Below are positions 1 through 13,436 of a DNA stretch of 64,000 nucleotides, piece after piece. The stretch is from Lytechinus pictus (taxonomy: Eukaryota). The stretch's first letter is position 1. Each line of letters opens with the position of its first letter. The notes under the pieces are model-generated. The model did not search any database. It was not told the origin of the DNA and saw nothing but the letters and a program-made list of their open reading frames with translations. Location: contig NC_087250.1 in the NCBI RefSeq assembly GCF_037042905.1, forward strand, positions 21,268,001 to 21,332,000. Reading direction: 5' to 3'. The translations under genes and the position numbers were made by a program.

Positions 1-14
1 GAGCGACCACTAAT

Positions 15-553
15 CCCGGGGGGGGGGCACTCAGTATATAATGCATAGTGGGTATGTGCCGCGGAGGGGACCCCCATTTTTACACTCAAATTTCCGTTCC
101 AAGGCATAGCATTTTTGTCTTATTGAGAAAAAGAACAAAGAAAGCCGCTCCAAGGCATAGCATTTCCATCTTATCGAGAAAAAAGAAGAAAGAAATCCGC
201 TCCAAAGCTTCGCATATTTTTCGTTACGCCGTTCCGGTCGCATTGATCTGCTACAATTTTGGTGAAAAGCGGCCGTAGAGCGCTTTTCGGCCATCGCCTA
301 AGCGCGAGCGCACCCGGCGGAGGCCGCGCTAGCTGCGTCATGCACGATTGCCCGTTCCATAAGGATGCATATACGCCTCACAGAGATACGGAGATCCGTT
401 CCGAGGACCCCCGTTTTCACAAACATTTGTAGTTCCGAAGCCCGTTCCGAGGACCCTCCTTTTACAATAAGCCCGCTCCAAGGCCCCCGTTTTTTGCCTC
501 GCCCGCGGCACACCCCTACCACTTTTTTTGTCGAGTGCCCCCCCCCCCCCGGG
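15..553. mobile_element. Non-autonomous DNA transposon (MITE) with 8-bp TSD, hAT-like
   Basis: TIRs CCCGGG(G)nCACTC / GAGTG(C)nGGG; identical 8-bp flanks CCACTAAT at 7-14 and 554-561; no credible ORF. Confidence 0.85.
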
Positions 554-783
554 CCACTAATTTACAACCGCGCTGCAAATAAAGCAAGCGGGGCGAAGGT
601 TCGCGGTTGGTCATCAACGCGACGCAACGACCGAACACGACAGAACACTACACTGATCTGTGGCTAAAGTCATTAAATTTTAAGTCACCACATTCACGTA
701 CATGCATATAATTTACCTCTGCAAGAGCTATAACTAGCATCAATCATTTGTTCATGAAATAAAAAAGAAGTTTCTATTCTTAC

Positions 784-847
784 CTTCAAATTTGTCCACA
801 TAATCCCCAAGCCCCCATCCTCGCAGCACCGTTTCGACGTACGCCAT
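784..847 (-). CDS. Putative first coding exon of a SAM-domain protein (MAYVETVLRGWGLGDYVDKFE); rest of gene lies further left
   Basis: ATG in aacATGG context, 21 codons + 1 nt, then a consensus donor AAG|GTAAG. The peptide fits the SAM helix 1-2 pattern V..L..WGL..Y...F. Confidence 0.6.
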
Positions 848-3800
848 GTTGCCAGAGTACGGTATTTTGTACTTCAAAATTAAGAACTTCTGAATTTTAC
901 ACTGCGCGCACGTGTCAATAAAACAAAACACAATTATGTAGAAAAACTAAATACACAATCGCCGTGTATTTCGCATATCAATAAAACAAAACACGATATG
1001 TAAAAAATCTAAGTTCACAATCGCCGTGTATTTCGCTCATATACAAAACACCATTGTGTAAAAAAAATAATAAATCACAATCGCCATTTCGCATAACACG
1101 GATGTGGAAAAACTTTTCCCAATCATCATGTATTTTGGACTCCATTACGATGTAATATTTACCCAAACGAGGTTAAATACCCTTTTTACAATTCACATAT
1201 GTATTTTAAATGCTTACAAACTGGCAAAGTAGACATTTTTTACCAGATCTTACATAGATTGTGTATAATTTATTCTTACATGCTATTTTTTTACTTAACA
1301 TTGGCAATATTTCTGTGAGTGTATATATATCTTGTATGGATTATTTCTTTCGTTTCAACTTTGATTTTTCTTTTTTTATACAAATGTTACGACAATTTCA
1401 TGGAATATTGTACTGTACATATTTAAATTTTGTGTCATATACTGTCTTAATTATTCAATTATGTATTGTCAATTTCAATGTGGAAGGGTTAAAAAGGAAA
1501 AATAAATAAATAAAAGCATATGGAAAACAAAATTATTTGCATTAGCACAATTATTTTCAAAAGCCTTTTCTTACTTGTTTTGGTTGCAACTTGCAGTCAA
1601 ACTCCAGGAACCTTTAGCATGTTTAGTTGAGACTGGCCTCCGCTGCCACTACCGTAGATAATAGCATTAAGATGATTTAAGTCAACTTGGCGGGTAACTT
1701 GGATATGTTATTTTAAAACAATATTTTGGAGAGTATTCACCAGAAATGGAGAAAGACAATGTTGATTTCAACGTATTATTACATTATCCTTCTCCCGTAA
1801 GATCCATTCAAGACTGAATTGTTGGTAGCATTTCTTGTCAAAATAGGCAACTTTGATACCATCGATGTGTTCGAATCATCAGCTAGGGCTTGAAATGACT
1901 GTAAAATATTTTACTTAATACACGGCATTTCTTCCAGTTTGCTCAAGTGTACTAATCAACCAATCAAAATGAACCATTTATTCTACCAAATATAGACATG
2001 TTTATACCACGGCAATGGCTTGACGCCCCCTAATTTGAATTTCGATCAATTATTATTACCATGTTACGGATTAATGCACATAACTCGGTGTCAACGTTTA
2101 ACAATTGAACACGAGTTATGTTTATTCCACAGAAAGATAAGGAGGTCTTACTTGTATACTACGATAGTGAGAATCGCCCCCCCCCCCTCCACACACATTG
2201 ACCCACCCCTCCCATCTCGTTACAAAGTGGACAGCTATAGACTTCAACATGATACAAGTTTGCACTTCTAAGAGATGAAGTATTTTCAACGATTTCATCT
2301 GACAACGGTGCGGCATAGACGAACGAAACAAAATCAGTTTATTTTCATTATTCACGTTTTTCTTCAAATTTCACGCTGTCGATCCAAATGTGAAGGCACA
2401 TCGTATATTGGTCCAGACCAAGATAGGTGATTTCATATCTGTGGTAGGGAACATCTTGACAACAATTTATAGTCTGAAAGTGTCAGTGATAAAGTTAAGG
2501 TGGGCAGTGATATGAAAAACTTATAACCAACAAGCAAAATTTGAATACGGCTGAATTAAAAGTGGAAATGATGTTTGTCGTTCGGGACTTAGCAATGTCC
2601 CGTATGACGCCCAACACTCCGACAGCTGAGAGGTTTTTGTCGAAAGTAAGTGGACCGGGACAGCATATTGTCCATAGATTCGGACCAGACGAGAAATTGC
2701 AAATATTTCGTTTGCCCAAGAACACCACTGCTGTTTTGATTCACAGATTTTCGACAAAAGCTGTTCTGTCATTAAGGAACATCTGGCAAAAGAATATAAG
2801 CGTTATTTGATTTTGATTTGATTTATTGTTTTCTTCTGCATCCATGGAACATTCGTATAATACATTTTCCATAACATAATAAACATAATATGTTAGCATT
2901 TTTGCATGAATAATAAATAAAGTGTACTAAAAAAAAAAAAATTCTAGACAAAAATGATTAACTAGCAAATTATTATATGATATTCACAATTTGCAGGAGA
3001 CGGATTGTAATCATAAGCAGATTGCTTGAAGAAAAATGACAATCCCAAACTAAACTAATTAAATTAAATAATACGTTTATAAAGCAGAATGGGCATATAT
3101 TTTTAAATACGAATCATCAATTCATGCAATATTTTTAGTTTGAAGATGAAGATGATAGAGGTGAGGGTGACGGTGATATGATGATGATGATGATTATACA
3201 GTGCGCCCCCCAAAAAAACTATACACTTTGAAATGGCTGCCAAATACAAAAGTATATCACTTTGGAGGGAAAGACCTACATGTATATATGGAAAGCCAAT
3301 AAAGTCATCTTTCACAGGACACCAAAATGCTGGAAAACTATTCATGCTTGAGTGAGCACTACCCACTTAAACAAAAGGTATGAACATTAGAGTGGGCAGG
3401 AATTAGCCTTTCGGTTTCTTTCAATTTTTGAGTGGCGAGTCCCCTGAAACTTGCACACTTGAGGGTGTTGTGATGAATTAATGGTCATTCATTATCAATT
3501 TATACTGTTAGAGCAAGGAGGTTCTTGGTTAGAGCAAATTTTATGAATTATCAAACTCCATGCATGAGTGAGCGTGAAGTGCAATCTTTAGTGCAGCATT
3601 TTAACCTTACAATGTGGGTCTCAACAATGTGTTCATTGGTGTCAGGAGAATAGAGGTAAGAACTGACTTCAGTGGGTGAAGTAAGCTGATTGGAAAAGAG
3701 TCAACAGAACGTTTAGCCTCCCTCCTACAGGTCCGCCCCCCCCTCCTGTTGAGATTGAGACTGATTGCTATTACATGTACGCATTAAGTACAGAGCGGAC

Positions 3801-4164
3801 TGTCAATTTGATGATAAATTCTGAAAATTAGGTCATCAACTTTTACTTTATTTAATCAACAATCTGTTGGTAAATCAACTCAATCAATGTGACTAATCAA
3901 ATATTCACCTTTTTCAATAAATTATCAAACATTTAGCTTTTTAATAAATCATTTCATAAATCATCATAATTAGTCAAGTTCTTAATAATAACAATGGAAA
4001 AGAAAGACCCATTAAACATAAGTCACTTGGCATTTAAGTTTTAAATAACATCCAGGGGAAAGGAAGGGGGTGGAGGGCGGGGGTGAGTACATGACATGTG
4101 ATTTGTAAGAGAACACAAAGAAGAATGCCCCTTTAATCCAGTCTTACCCTTTCTCACCCCCTTG

Positions 4165-6573
4165 CATGGGCGGAAATCCCAGGGGGGACAGGGGGGACGT
4201 GTCCCCCCTACTCAAAATAGTAGGGGGGACACAATATCAAATGTCCCCCCTACTATTTTTGGTCTTTTATGATGGTAAGAAATACATCATTCTAAATCTA
4301 AATAAAACATGTATTTTGGGACAAGTTGGGACGAGATGACCTTACTTTTGGGATGATAACCTTTTTTTTGCTTGTCAAATTTTCCCGCCCCTTGTCCCCG
4401 TAGGCGGACCAGGGGGCCGAGGGGCCCGCCCCCCCCCCCTCCCCTCTTGGCGGAGCAAAAAAAGTAAAAAGGGAAAGAAAGAAGGAATAAAGGAGGGAAA
4501 GGAGAGGAGAAAAAGAAGAGAAGGACGATGAGTAAATAAAATAAGATGAGGGGAAGACTTGGAAAATAAAAAGAATCTTTCGTGCCACTATATAAAATTT
4601 TCGCTCGCGCTTCGCGCTCGCATTGCCTGTTAGGTGATTTACATATCTTGTTCAATATGGAGCTCGAATATCAAGTTTGGAAGTCAATATACAAAACATA
4701 TTTCACCTCGGAAATCGAACTTTCATTATTTTGTGTGATTTGCAAATTGATTTTTAAAAAGTGCTCTGTAAAAATGTCAGTTTTATGGTCTGAATATTAA
4801 CAGTTGCTGCTTGCGCTGTGCGCTCGCAAATTTTAATTTATCAGGTACCTATTATTTTCGTGTATTTCATAAAGTTTTCAAAATATCCCTTTTCAGGTCT
4901 GATTGTTAAGATGTATCAGCTAGCGCGCTGCACGCTTGCATTTTGATTGGCGAGTTATATATGTTTCAATATTGATTATACAACAAACTACTTAAAAACC
5001 CCTTTTCGTGACAGTTTATCAAAAATTCTAGCTCCCAATTTGCGCTCGCATTAATGGTTAAAAATACTTTAACTGATGCATCCTATTCATAATTACAAAA
5101 GTGAAATGTCCAGTTTTTATGCCATAATATCATCAGATTTCGCGCCCTCATTAGGCATTAATAAATATGATATTAATTTGATAATTAAATTGTCCCTTTT
5201 GTTTCATCTCGCTTAGCAAGAGGAATAGTCATCATTTTCATATTATGACATGTCGTAAGGATGTCCCGGTCCTATGTCAAAACTCAGAGTAATAATAATG
5301 AAAATGTCAGCTCTTTTTTAAGTGCGATCCATATCCACCTTACAATTTTTCTACAAAGTGCATGAAATATAAGGCTGAAATTGACTCCATTTTTCAGATC
5401 GGAATATCAAAGTTTCATGATTTTCATGATTAAAGATGTATTTAGAATGCCTAGATTCTAGGTCTAAATATGAAACACGCGCGCGCATGTTTATTCAGAT
5501 ACTCAACTTGTTCTCTATTTAAATCATCATCCAGTTTCAGATCACAATATCAAAAATTTTCTGCTCGCGCTTTGTGCTCGCATTATTAATGTAGGAAGAC
5601 CCCATATTACTCATCCTTTTCATTATTTACAAAACATGAACGGAGTGGCCCATTTTTAGGTCTAAATCTCGATTTTTTTTCTTCTGCTCGCTCTTCGCGC
5701 TCGCATCAATTATTAAATTATATAGCTATCCTGTACACGATTAAAAAAAATTAATTTAAATTTTTCATTCTTTCTTTAGAAAGTTCAAAATTGTTCAGCT
5801 TGCGCTTCGCGCTCGCATCTTTTGATTGTTGAAATATGTCACGCCTTCATGGCTAAGTGCAAGCAGTCCTTAACAGTTACCTTTTCAACAGGTACCAGTT
5901 CAAAACGTATATAAAAATTTTCTGCTCGCGCTTTGCGCTCGCATTATTAATACTCATCCTTTTCATGATTTACAAAACATGAATAGTGTCTCGTTCAGTA
6001 AATATAGGACTAAATCTCGAAATTTTCCGCTCGCGCTTCGCGCTCGCATCAATTGTTTACTTATATACCTATTCTGCTTGAGTTACAAAAAGTGCTTAGA
6101 ATTCCAATTCTTTGGGCGAAATGTAAAAAAAAAATTAGCTTGCGCTTCGCGCTCGCATTATTTGATTGTTAAATGCTACTTTAACAGGTATCTTTTCCAT
6201 CAGTTCATTTCTGCTCGCGCTTTGCGTTCGTAGTAATTATTAAGTTGCATACACATCTTTTTCAGGATAACAAACATTGCCCAGAATGTTCAAATTTCAG
6301 GAAAAAATACACAAAATTTCCAAAAAATTAGCTCGCGCTTCGCGCTCGCATCATATAAATAAGGATTATGATATTATATATTAATTTATAACAATAAAGC
6401 TAAGAAGTGACTAATGAGGACTATTCCTTCAAAGAAACAAACAAAAATCATCTTCGAGCTGCCGATCGGGGAAAATATGGCTGAAACAAATTTCCGCCCC
6501 CCCCCCTCCTATTGGCGAAGGCTGGATCCGCCCCTGTGTCCCCCCTACCTTTTGGGAGAGATTTCCGCCCCTG
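4165..6573. mobile_element. hAT-type non-autonomous element
   Basis: TIRs CATGGGCGGAAATC / GATTTCCGCCCCTG; 8-bp TSD CCCCCTTG at 4157-4164 and 6574-6581. Confidence 0.85.
4400..6536. mobile_element. Second hAT-type element nested in 4165-6573, with recurrent GCTCGCGCTTCGCGCTCGCA motifs
   Basis: Right end GGATCCGCCCCTG; degenerate left end (GTAGGCGGACC); TGTCCCC on both flanks; motif recurs about every 60-150 bp. Confidence 0.6.
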
Positions 6574-7043
6574 CCCCCTTGCATGTAACAGGTACCATCA
6601 CATTACTCTGACTCTCGCAAGCACACTTGCTAACATCCACATAATAAACTAAAAATGCTACACTAAAATTACAATTCCTGTTTACTCATGCATTACATAT
6701 CAATTTAGTAACTCATGAAATTTGCTTAAGAAACCAAAAGTGATCTTAATTCATCAGTTATTTAGCACAACACCCTTAACGATGCAAGTTCCAAAGGACT
6801 CGCCTCTAAAGAAACTGGACGGCTATAGTCCAGGGGCTGGGGGGGGGGTTTCAGCTAATCGGGTACATAAGGTTTGATGGTCCCAACATGTTGGCATGAT
6901 ATCAGTGGTCAAGAAAATGTGTTGCTGCCGGGTCATATCCTGTACGGAAGGCCCACAGGACCCCATTTTTGTCGGCCATCTTGGATTTTTCATGAAAATC
7001 AATTATTTTCATATTTTTACACAAACAATGGAAAAATATTAAA

Positions 7044-8674
7044 CACTCTTAAAAATACCTAGTCAATTGACCAAAAAAAAATTCGTCAAAACATGGTCTT
7101 ATTTGACAAACTTGGAATTTGTCAAATAATTTGTCATGCAAGCAGATTTCCTTGACAAATTGAATTCGTCAAGTATTTATGGGGAAAAGATTTGTCATTA
7201 GACAAATTTTAATTCGTAATGAAAAGTGGTCTTATTTGACGAATTTTCATTTTGATTCGTCATGCTAAGAAATCAGTTTGTCATGCATGGAAATTAATTC
7301 GTAATGTATGAAAATTAATTCGTCATGTAGCACTGCACAGAACCCCACTGCATGACGAATCGTTCATGTCACTGACAACAAAGTTGTCATGGCATGCACA
7401 ACTTTAAAATTGTCACACAAGTATTGACAGTTACACTAGAGCTGTATACAGTATAGACCTAACTGTTGCACATGTAAGTTAGAACTCTAGATCTAGATTC
7501 TAGATAACTTAATAATGTGTGTGATCTGAAATGCAAGACTAGATTCTAACTTATCTAGATCTAACTTAGAATTCCAGATCTAGGGTTAGGCTATCAAATA
7601 AAAAAGGAGAGACCCTAGATCTAGAGGTCTAGGCCTACACTCCACGCAGACTAGACTCTAGGAGTAGGACCTAGCCTAACTGTTACGTCTAGTTACGAAT
7701 ACCGGTACGAGTGGGTAATGAAGTGGAATTACGTTAGATTCTAAGTTAGATCTAGATCTAGCTAGGTCTAACGAACTTAGATCTAGTAGTACTAGTTCTA
7801 CATCACTAAGTTAAGGTTCTATAGATTATGTAGACTAGTCTAACGTTAGACATAGATCTAACGTTAGATCTAGATATCTATTCACAATTCGAAAAAAATC
7901 CTTTGTGTATTGCTATGGCATAACAGTCAACGTTGTCGTTGAACTTAGAGGCTAGCGGTAGGCCTAGGCTATGCCGACCTATGTACACAGACCGTAACGT
8001 AAGCGGCCAGGCGATATCTAACTTACAGCCTAGTAGTGGTAGTAGTAGAGTCTACATGTGCAACAGTTAGGTCTAGGCCTATACAACTCTGTAACTGTCA
8101 GTATTTGTGTGACAATTAAAAATTAAGTTGTGCATACCTGATGTTCGACGTCGATTGTCACTGCGGGGAGGCCTAAAGTTATGGATCTGAAGTGCCGCCG
8201 GGCCTGGAGACATGCAGTCAGGGAAGCGAGAGTTTGCGATTGAATGGCGATACCAAAATTTAAAAAATTGCTCTCCAGGCAGGGCGCATGCGCACGATGT
8301 GAATTTTGACAAATCTTTTAAGATAAGGAAACCCGTTTTAAATTTGTCAAAAACTTTCATTCCAAAATTCGTATTGTATGTCTAAATTCGTCCCTCAATT
8401 TGTCAAGTCTGATAAGATTCGTCTTCTGCAATCTGACTGACAATATCCATTTGTCAATTCGTGCTTGTTGGATTCGTCAGTTAAAGTAGTTTGTCAAAAC
8501 AGGATTTACATTCGTTATACGAGAGACGTGAATTAGTATTTCCCGATTTTTAATTTGTCAACTACTAAAATGATTTGTCAATTGACATAAAGTGATCGTC
8601 ATAATGACGTGACGAATTTTTACTACCAGTTTGACAAATCTTTGCCCCCACTTGACTAATAAAAACTAAGAGTG
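7044..8674. mobile_element. CMC (CACTA/EnSpm-like) non-autonomous element
   Basis: Termini CACTCTTA...TAAGAGTG. Comparison with the uninterrupted opposite arm (~17331-17350) shows a 2-bp AA duplication. Dense subterminal TTGTCA/TTCGTCA motifs. Confidence 0.75.
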
Positions 8675-10476
8675 AATAAATACGCATTTTAAAATGATTT
8701 AGACAGTAGAAATCGATTGCAATTGTTCTCTGGACAGTCCGGTTAATATTTTTTGAAAAATATAAGAATTTATGCCAAAATTTTCATGTTTTTAGGAAAA
8801 AATTTGCATGTGCATTGATATCTTTCTGTTTTGTCATTAATATCAATAATTAATGCAAAATATAAGCATTCAACACGAAAGAGAATATATTAACGAGAAC
8901 ATTGATATGCCTCATTACAGTATTAATGTCTTAACTTGCTTAGATATAGGGAAGATACTTCCAAATGTATTCCCTGATATTGCGATAAAATGACCCCAAA
9001 AATCAACCTCCGTCACTAGTCACATTCGTGATACCGACTTCAATGCGCTCGCTAACTTGCCTTTCAAAAGAGTACAATAGACTCGGTCTTGCCTTGCCTT
9101 TGTTGGTGTGACTACACGCATAAATGCATTTAATGAGCGTCGCGATAGAAAAGTGTATATTACATAATATTGGTATGAGGGCAAAATGCGTTTTTTACAT
9201 ATTTAAGCAACTTTTATGTTAATGAAACCTCTTGGAAAAGTAAGAGGAGGGATTGCTCTGCATGTCGCAAGCAATTACATTCGGACACCTCAAAAGCATA
9301 GTCCCGCAAGAGCCTGTCGAAGGTACCCCACCCTTATCCGAAGCTTGACTATTAAAATATCTTGCCTTTTGGAGACCTCAATGTGGCAAAATGATGCTTG
9401 GTTAGGTAAAAATACAACTTTTATCTTCTTGAAATCACTTGCAGACGAAAGAGTATAGGCTTTTCCCTATCAGCTACAGTTAAAGAAATGAGGGCACAAA
9501 AAAAACCTACCCTCTCAGGGGGCTGCCCCAAGTCACCCACCCCCTTTTTCGTATTTTGCCCATTTTTGGAAAATTCGTCATTTTGGAGCCACATTGATAA
9601 AAAAAAGTGTTTCTACTATGTAGTGAAACCACTTTTATTGTTTTAAACCACTTGGAAACAAAAGAAGAAAAAAAATCTGCAAATTTGGAGCCCCCATTGA
9701 GGCTAAAGGGTGTTTCTGCTAAAAAGCAATCCATTTTCATTGTCTTAAAACCACATGGAGACGAAAGAGTTGGGTTTCCTCTATCAGTTACATATAAAGA
9801 GGTGCTGATACAGCAAAGCCTACCCCTGTCAGGGGCTCCTGAAATTACCCACCCCTTTTCCGTATTTTACCGTTTTATTAGAAAACCTCGAATTGGGAGC
9901 CCACATTGAGGCAAAACGATGTTTCTCCTATATTGCAAACAACTTTCATTGTCTTAAAACCACTTGGATAGGAAAAAGTCGGATTTTTCTCTCTGCTACA
10001 TATATATAACAAAGTGCTGACACATGGAAGCCTACCCCTCAGGGAGTCCCTGAAGTCACCCGCCCCCTTCCCGTATTTAGCTAATTTATGGGAAAAATCT
10101 GCCAATATGGAGAAACTGAAGAGGGTAGGCGTTGATGTGCCAGCATCTTTTTATAATTATGTAGCTGATATTTAAAAAAAAAAAATTTTTAATTTCCAGG
10201 TGGTTTGAAAAATAAAAGTGACTTTACTATTATATCAGAAACGCCCTTTGCCTCAATTGTGACTCCAAAATGACGAATTTTCTAATAATTAGACAAAATA
10301 GACAAACAGGATGGGGTGACTTAATTTTCGGCAGCCCCTGAAAAGGGTAGGCGTCGATGTGCCAGAACTTCTTTATATGAAAAGCTTACTCTTCCATCCC
10401 CAATCCCAGGGGAGTTAAAAAAATAAAAGTTGTTTTACTACATAGCAGAAATACCTTTTTGCATCAATGGGGCTAA

Positions 10477-10639
10477 CACCTTGGTCATATTTGCTCTATA
10501 CGGCGGCCGAACGGCGAGTCGAAAACAGCCGTTTTATTAATTTCGATTCAAACCACCTATATGTAAATGTACAAAAAATGTTAAAACGGCTGTTTTCGAC
10601 TCGCCGTACGGCCGCCGTAGAGCAAATGTGACCAAGGTA
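10477..10639. mobile_element. Palindromic PIF/Harbinger-type MITE
   Basis: Near-perfect ~58-bp TIRs (ACCTTGGTCA...TGACCAAGGT) flanked by TAA on both sides. Confidence 0.8.
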
Positions 10640-13436
10640 TAAACACTGCGACTTTTCCAATAAAGAGGGAAAATAGGCAAAAAGGTGGGGTGACTTCAGC
10701 TGAATTGAGTAGCTTCGATGCGCCAGCACGTTTTTTTCATGTAGCTGATAGAAGAAAGCCTAATATTTCATCTTTCAGTTGCTTCCAAAAAATAAATTGG
10801 CTTCATTATATAGCAGGAATGCAAATTTGCCTGAACGAGGGGGTCAAAAACTGCGAATTATTCAATAAAGTGGGAAAATAGTCAAAAGGGTGGGGGAGGG
10901 GGGGATTCGGCAGCCTCTGTTGGGGGTAGGATTCTGTGTGCGAGCACGTCTTCAAATGAAGCTGATGTAGAAAATCCTACCTTTTTGTCTCCCACGAGTT
11001 ACAAACAAAAAAGCGACTTTCTGCAAAGCAGAAACGCCGTTGGTCTCAATGGGGCTCCAAAATGGCGAATTTTCCTAGAAATGGGCAATGTACGAAATAG
11101 GGATTGGGTGACCTTTGCCTGCCCTGAGGGGGTAAGGCTTCGATGTGCAGCACTTCGTTATTAAGTAGCAGATAGAGAAAGTACTACTTTTTCGTATCCA
11201 AGTGGTTTAAAGACAATGATAGTGGTTTGCTATATAGGAGAAACATCTTTGTGCCTCAATGTGGGCTCCAAATTCGCAGATTTTCTAATAAAAAGGTTAA
11301 TTTACGGAAAAGGGGTGGATGATTTCGGGAGCCCCCGACGGGGTAGGCTTCAGTGTGCGAGCTGGGCGCGCGCGTCTTCAAATGTAGCTGATGGAGAAAA
11401 TGCCATCTTTTCGTCTCCCACGAGTTACAAAACAAGTTACTTTTCTGCAAAGCAGAAACATCGTTTGTCTCAATGGGGCTCCAAAATGGTGAATTTTCCT
11501 AGAAATGGGCAAAATACGAAATAGGGGTTGGATGTCTTCAGCTGCCCCCTGAGGGGGTAGGCTTCGATGTGGCAGCACTTCGTTATAATGTAGCAGATAG
11601 AGAAAATACTACTTTTTTGCATCCAAGTGGTTTTAAGACAAGGAAAGTGTTTTGCTGTTTAGGAGAAACATCTTTGTGCCTCAATGTGGGCTCCAAATTC
11701 GCAGATTTTCTAGTATAATATAAAAAAAAGGTAGAATACGGAAAAGGGTTGGGTAATTTCGGGAGCCCTTGACGGGGGTAGGATTTGCTGTACCAGCACT
11801 TTTTTTTATATGTAACTGATAGAATCAATGATACTATCTTGTCTCCAAGTGGATTAAGGCAATGAAAATGGATTGCTTTTTAGCAGAAACACCCTTTAGC
11901 CTCAGTGGGGGCTCCAAATTGACAGATTTTCCTATAAAGTGTTAAAATGTGAAATAGGGGTTGGGTGACTTCAGTCGCCCCCTGAGGGGGTAAGCTTCGA
12001 TATGCCAGCACTTCGTTATATATATAGCAGACAGAAAAAAAAAATCTTATCAAAGTGGTTTTAAGACAGTGAAAGTGATTTGCTATATAGAAGAAACATC
12101 TTTTTGCCTCAATATGGGCTCCAAATTCGCAGATTTTCTAATAAAAAGGTAAATTACAGAAAAGGGGTGGGTAATTTCAGGAGCCCCTGACGGGGGTAGG
12201 CTTTGCTGTACCAGCACTTCTTTATATTCAACTGATAGAGGAAAGGCAACTCTTTCGTCTCCATGTCGATTTAAGACAATGAAAATGGGTTGCTTTTTAG
12301 CAGAAACACCCTTTAGCCTCAATGGGGGCTCCAAATTTGCAGATTTTTCCATAAATTTGCAAAATACGGAAAAAGGGGATGATGTTTTCGGCATCCAACT
12401 GACGGGAGTGGCTTCAATTTTCCAGTAATTATTTATATGTAGCAAATAGAAGAAAGTCTACTCTTTTGTTTCCAAGTGGTTTAAAACAATAAAAGTGGTT
12501 TCCCGACGTAGTATAAACATTTTTTTCATCAATGTGGCTCCAAAATGACGAATTTTCCAAGAAATGGGCAAAATACGAAAAAGGGGGTGGGTGACTTGGG
12601 GCAGCCCCCTGAGAGGGTAGGCTTTGTTGCGCCCTCACTTCTTTAAATGTAGCTGATAGATAAAAGCCTACTCTTTCGTCTGCAAGTGATTTCAAGAAAA
12701 TAAAAATTGTTTTTTTTTACCTAACCGAAGCATCATTTTGCCACATTGAGGGCTTCAAAAGGCAAGATATTTTAATAGTCAAGCATCGGACAAGGGTGGG
12801 GTACCTTCGACAGGCTCTTGCGGGACTATGTTTTTTAGGTGTCCGAATGTAATTGATTGCGACATGCAGAGCAATCCCTCCTCTAACTTTTTCTAAGAGG
12901 TTTCATTCACATAAAAGTTGCTGAAATGTGTAAAAAAAACGCCTTTTGCCCTCATACCCATGTACGTAAGATTCACTTTTCTATCGCGACGCTCATTAAA
13001 TGCATTTATGCGTGCCAGTGACACCAACAAAGGTGAGGCAAGACCGATTGAGTCTACTGTACTCTTTTGAAAGGCAAGTTAGCGAGCGCATTGAAGTCGG
13101 TATCCTAGTGTGACTAGTGACGGAGGTTGCTTTTTGGTGCCATTTTATCGCAATATCGGGGAATACATTTGAAAGTATTTTCCCTATATCTAAGCAAGTT
13201 AAGACATTAATACTGTAATGAGGCATATCAATGTTCTCGTTAATATATTCTCTTTCGTGTTGAATGTTGATATTTTGCATTAATTGTTAATATTAATGAC
13301 AAAACAGAAAGATATCAATGCACATGCAAATATTGGCCTAAAAACATGGAAATTTTGGCATAAATTCTTATATTTTTCAAAAAATATTAACCGGACTGTC
13401 CAGAGAACAATTGCAATCGATTTCTACTGTCTAAAT

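Noticed and set aside
2495..2810. Three overlapping 77-89 aa ORFs
   Set aside because: No recognisable motif or convincing splice boundaries.
9400..12700. CRISPR-like array or coding repeats in the ~200-bp units
   Set aside because: Whole units are homologous with no unique spacers, the ORFs are short and inconsistent, and the context is eukaryotic with no cas genes.
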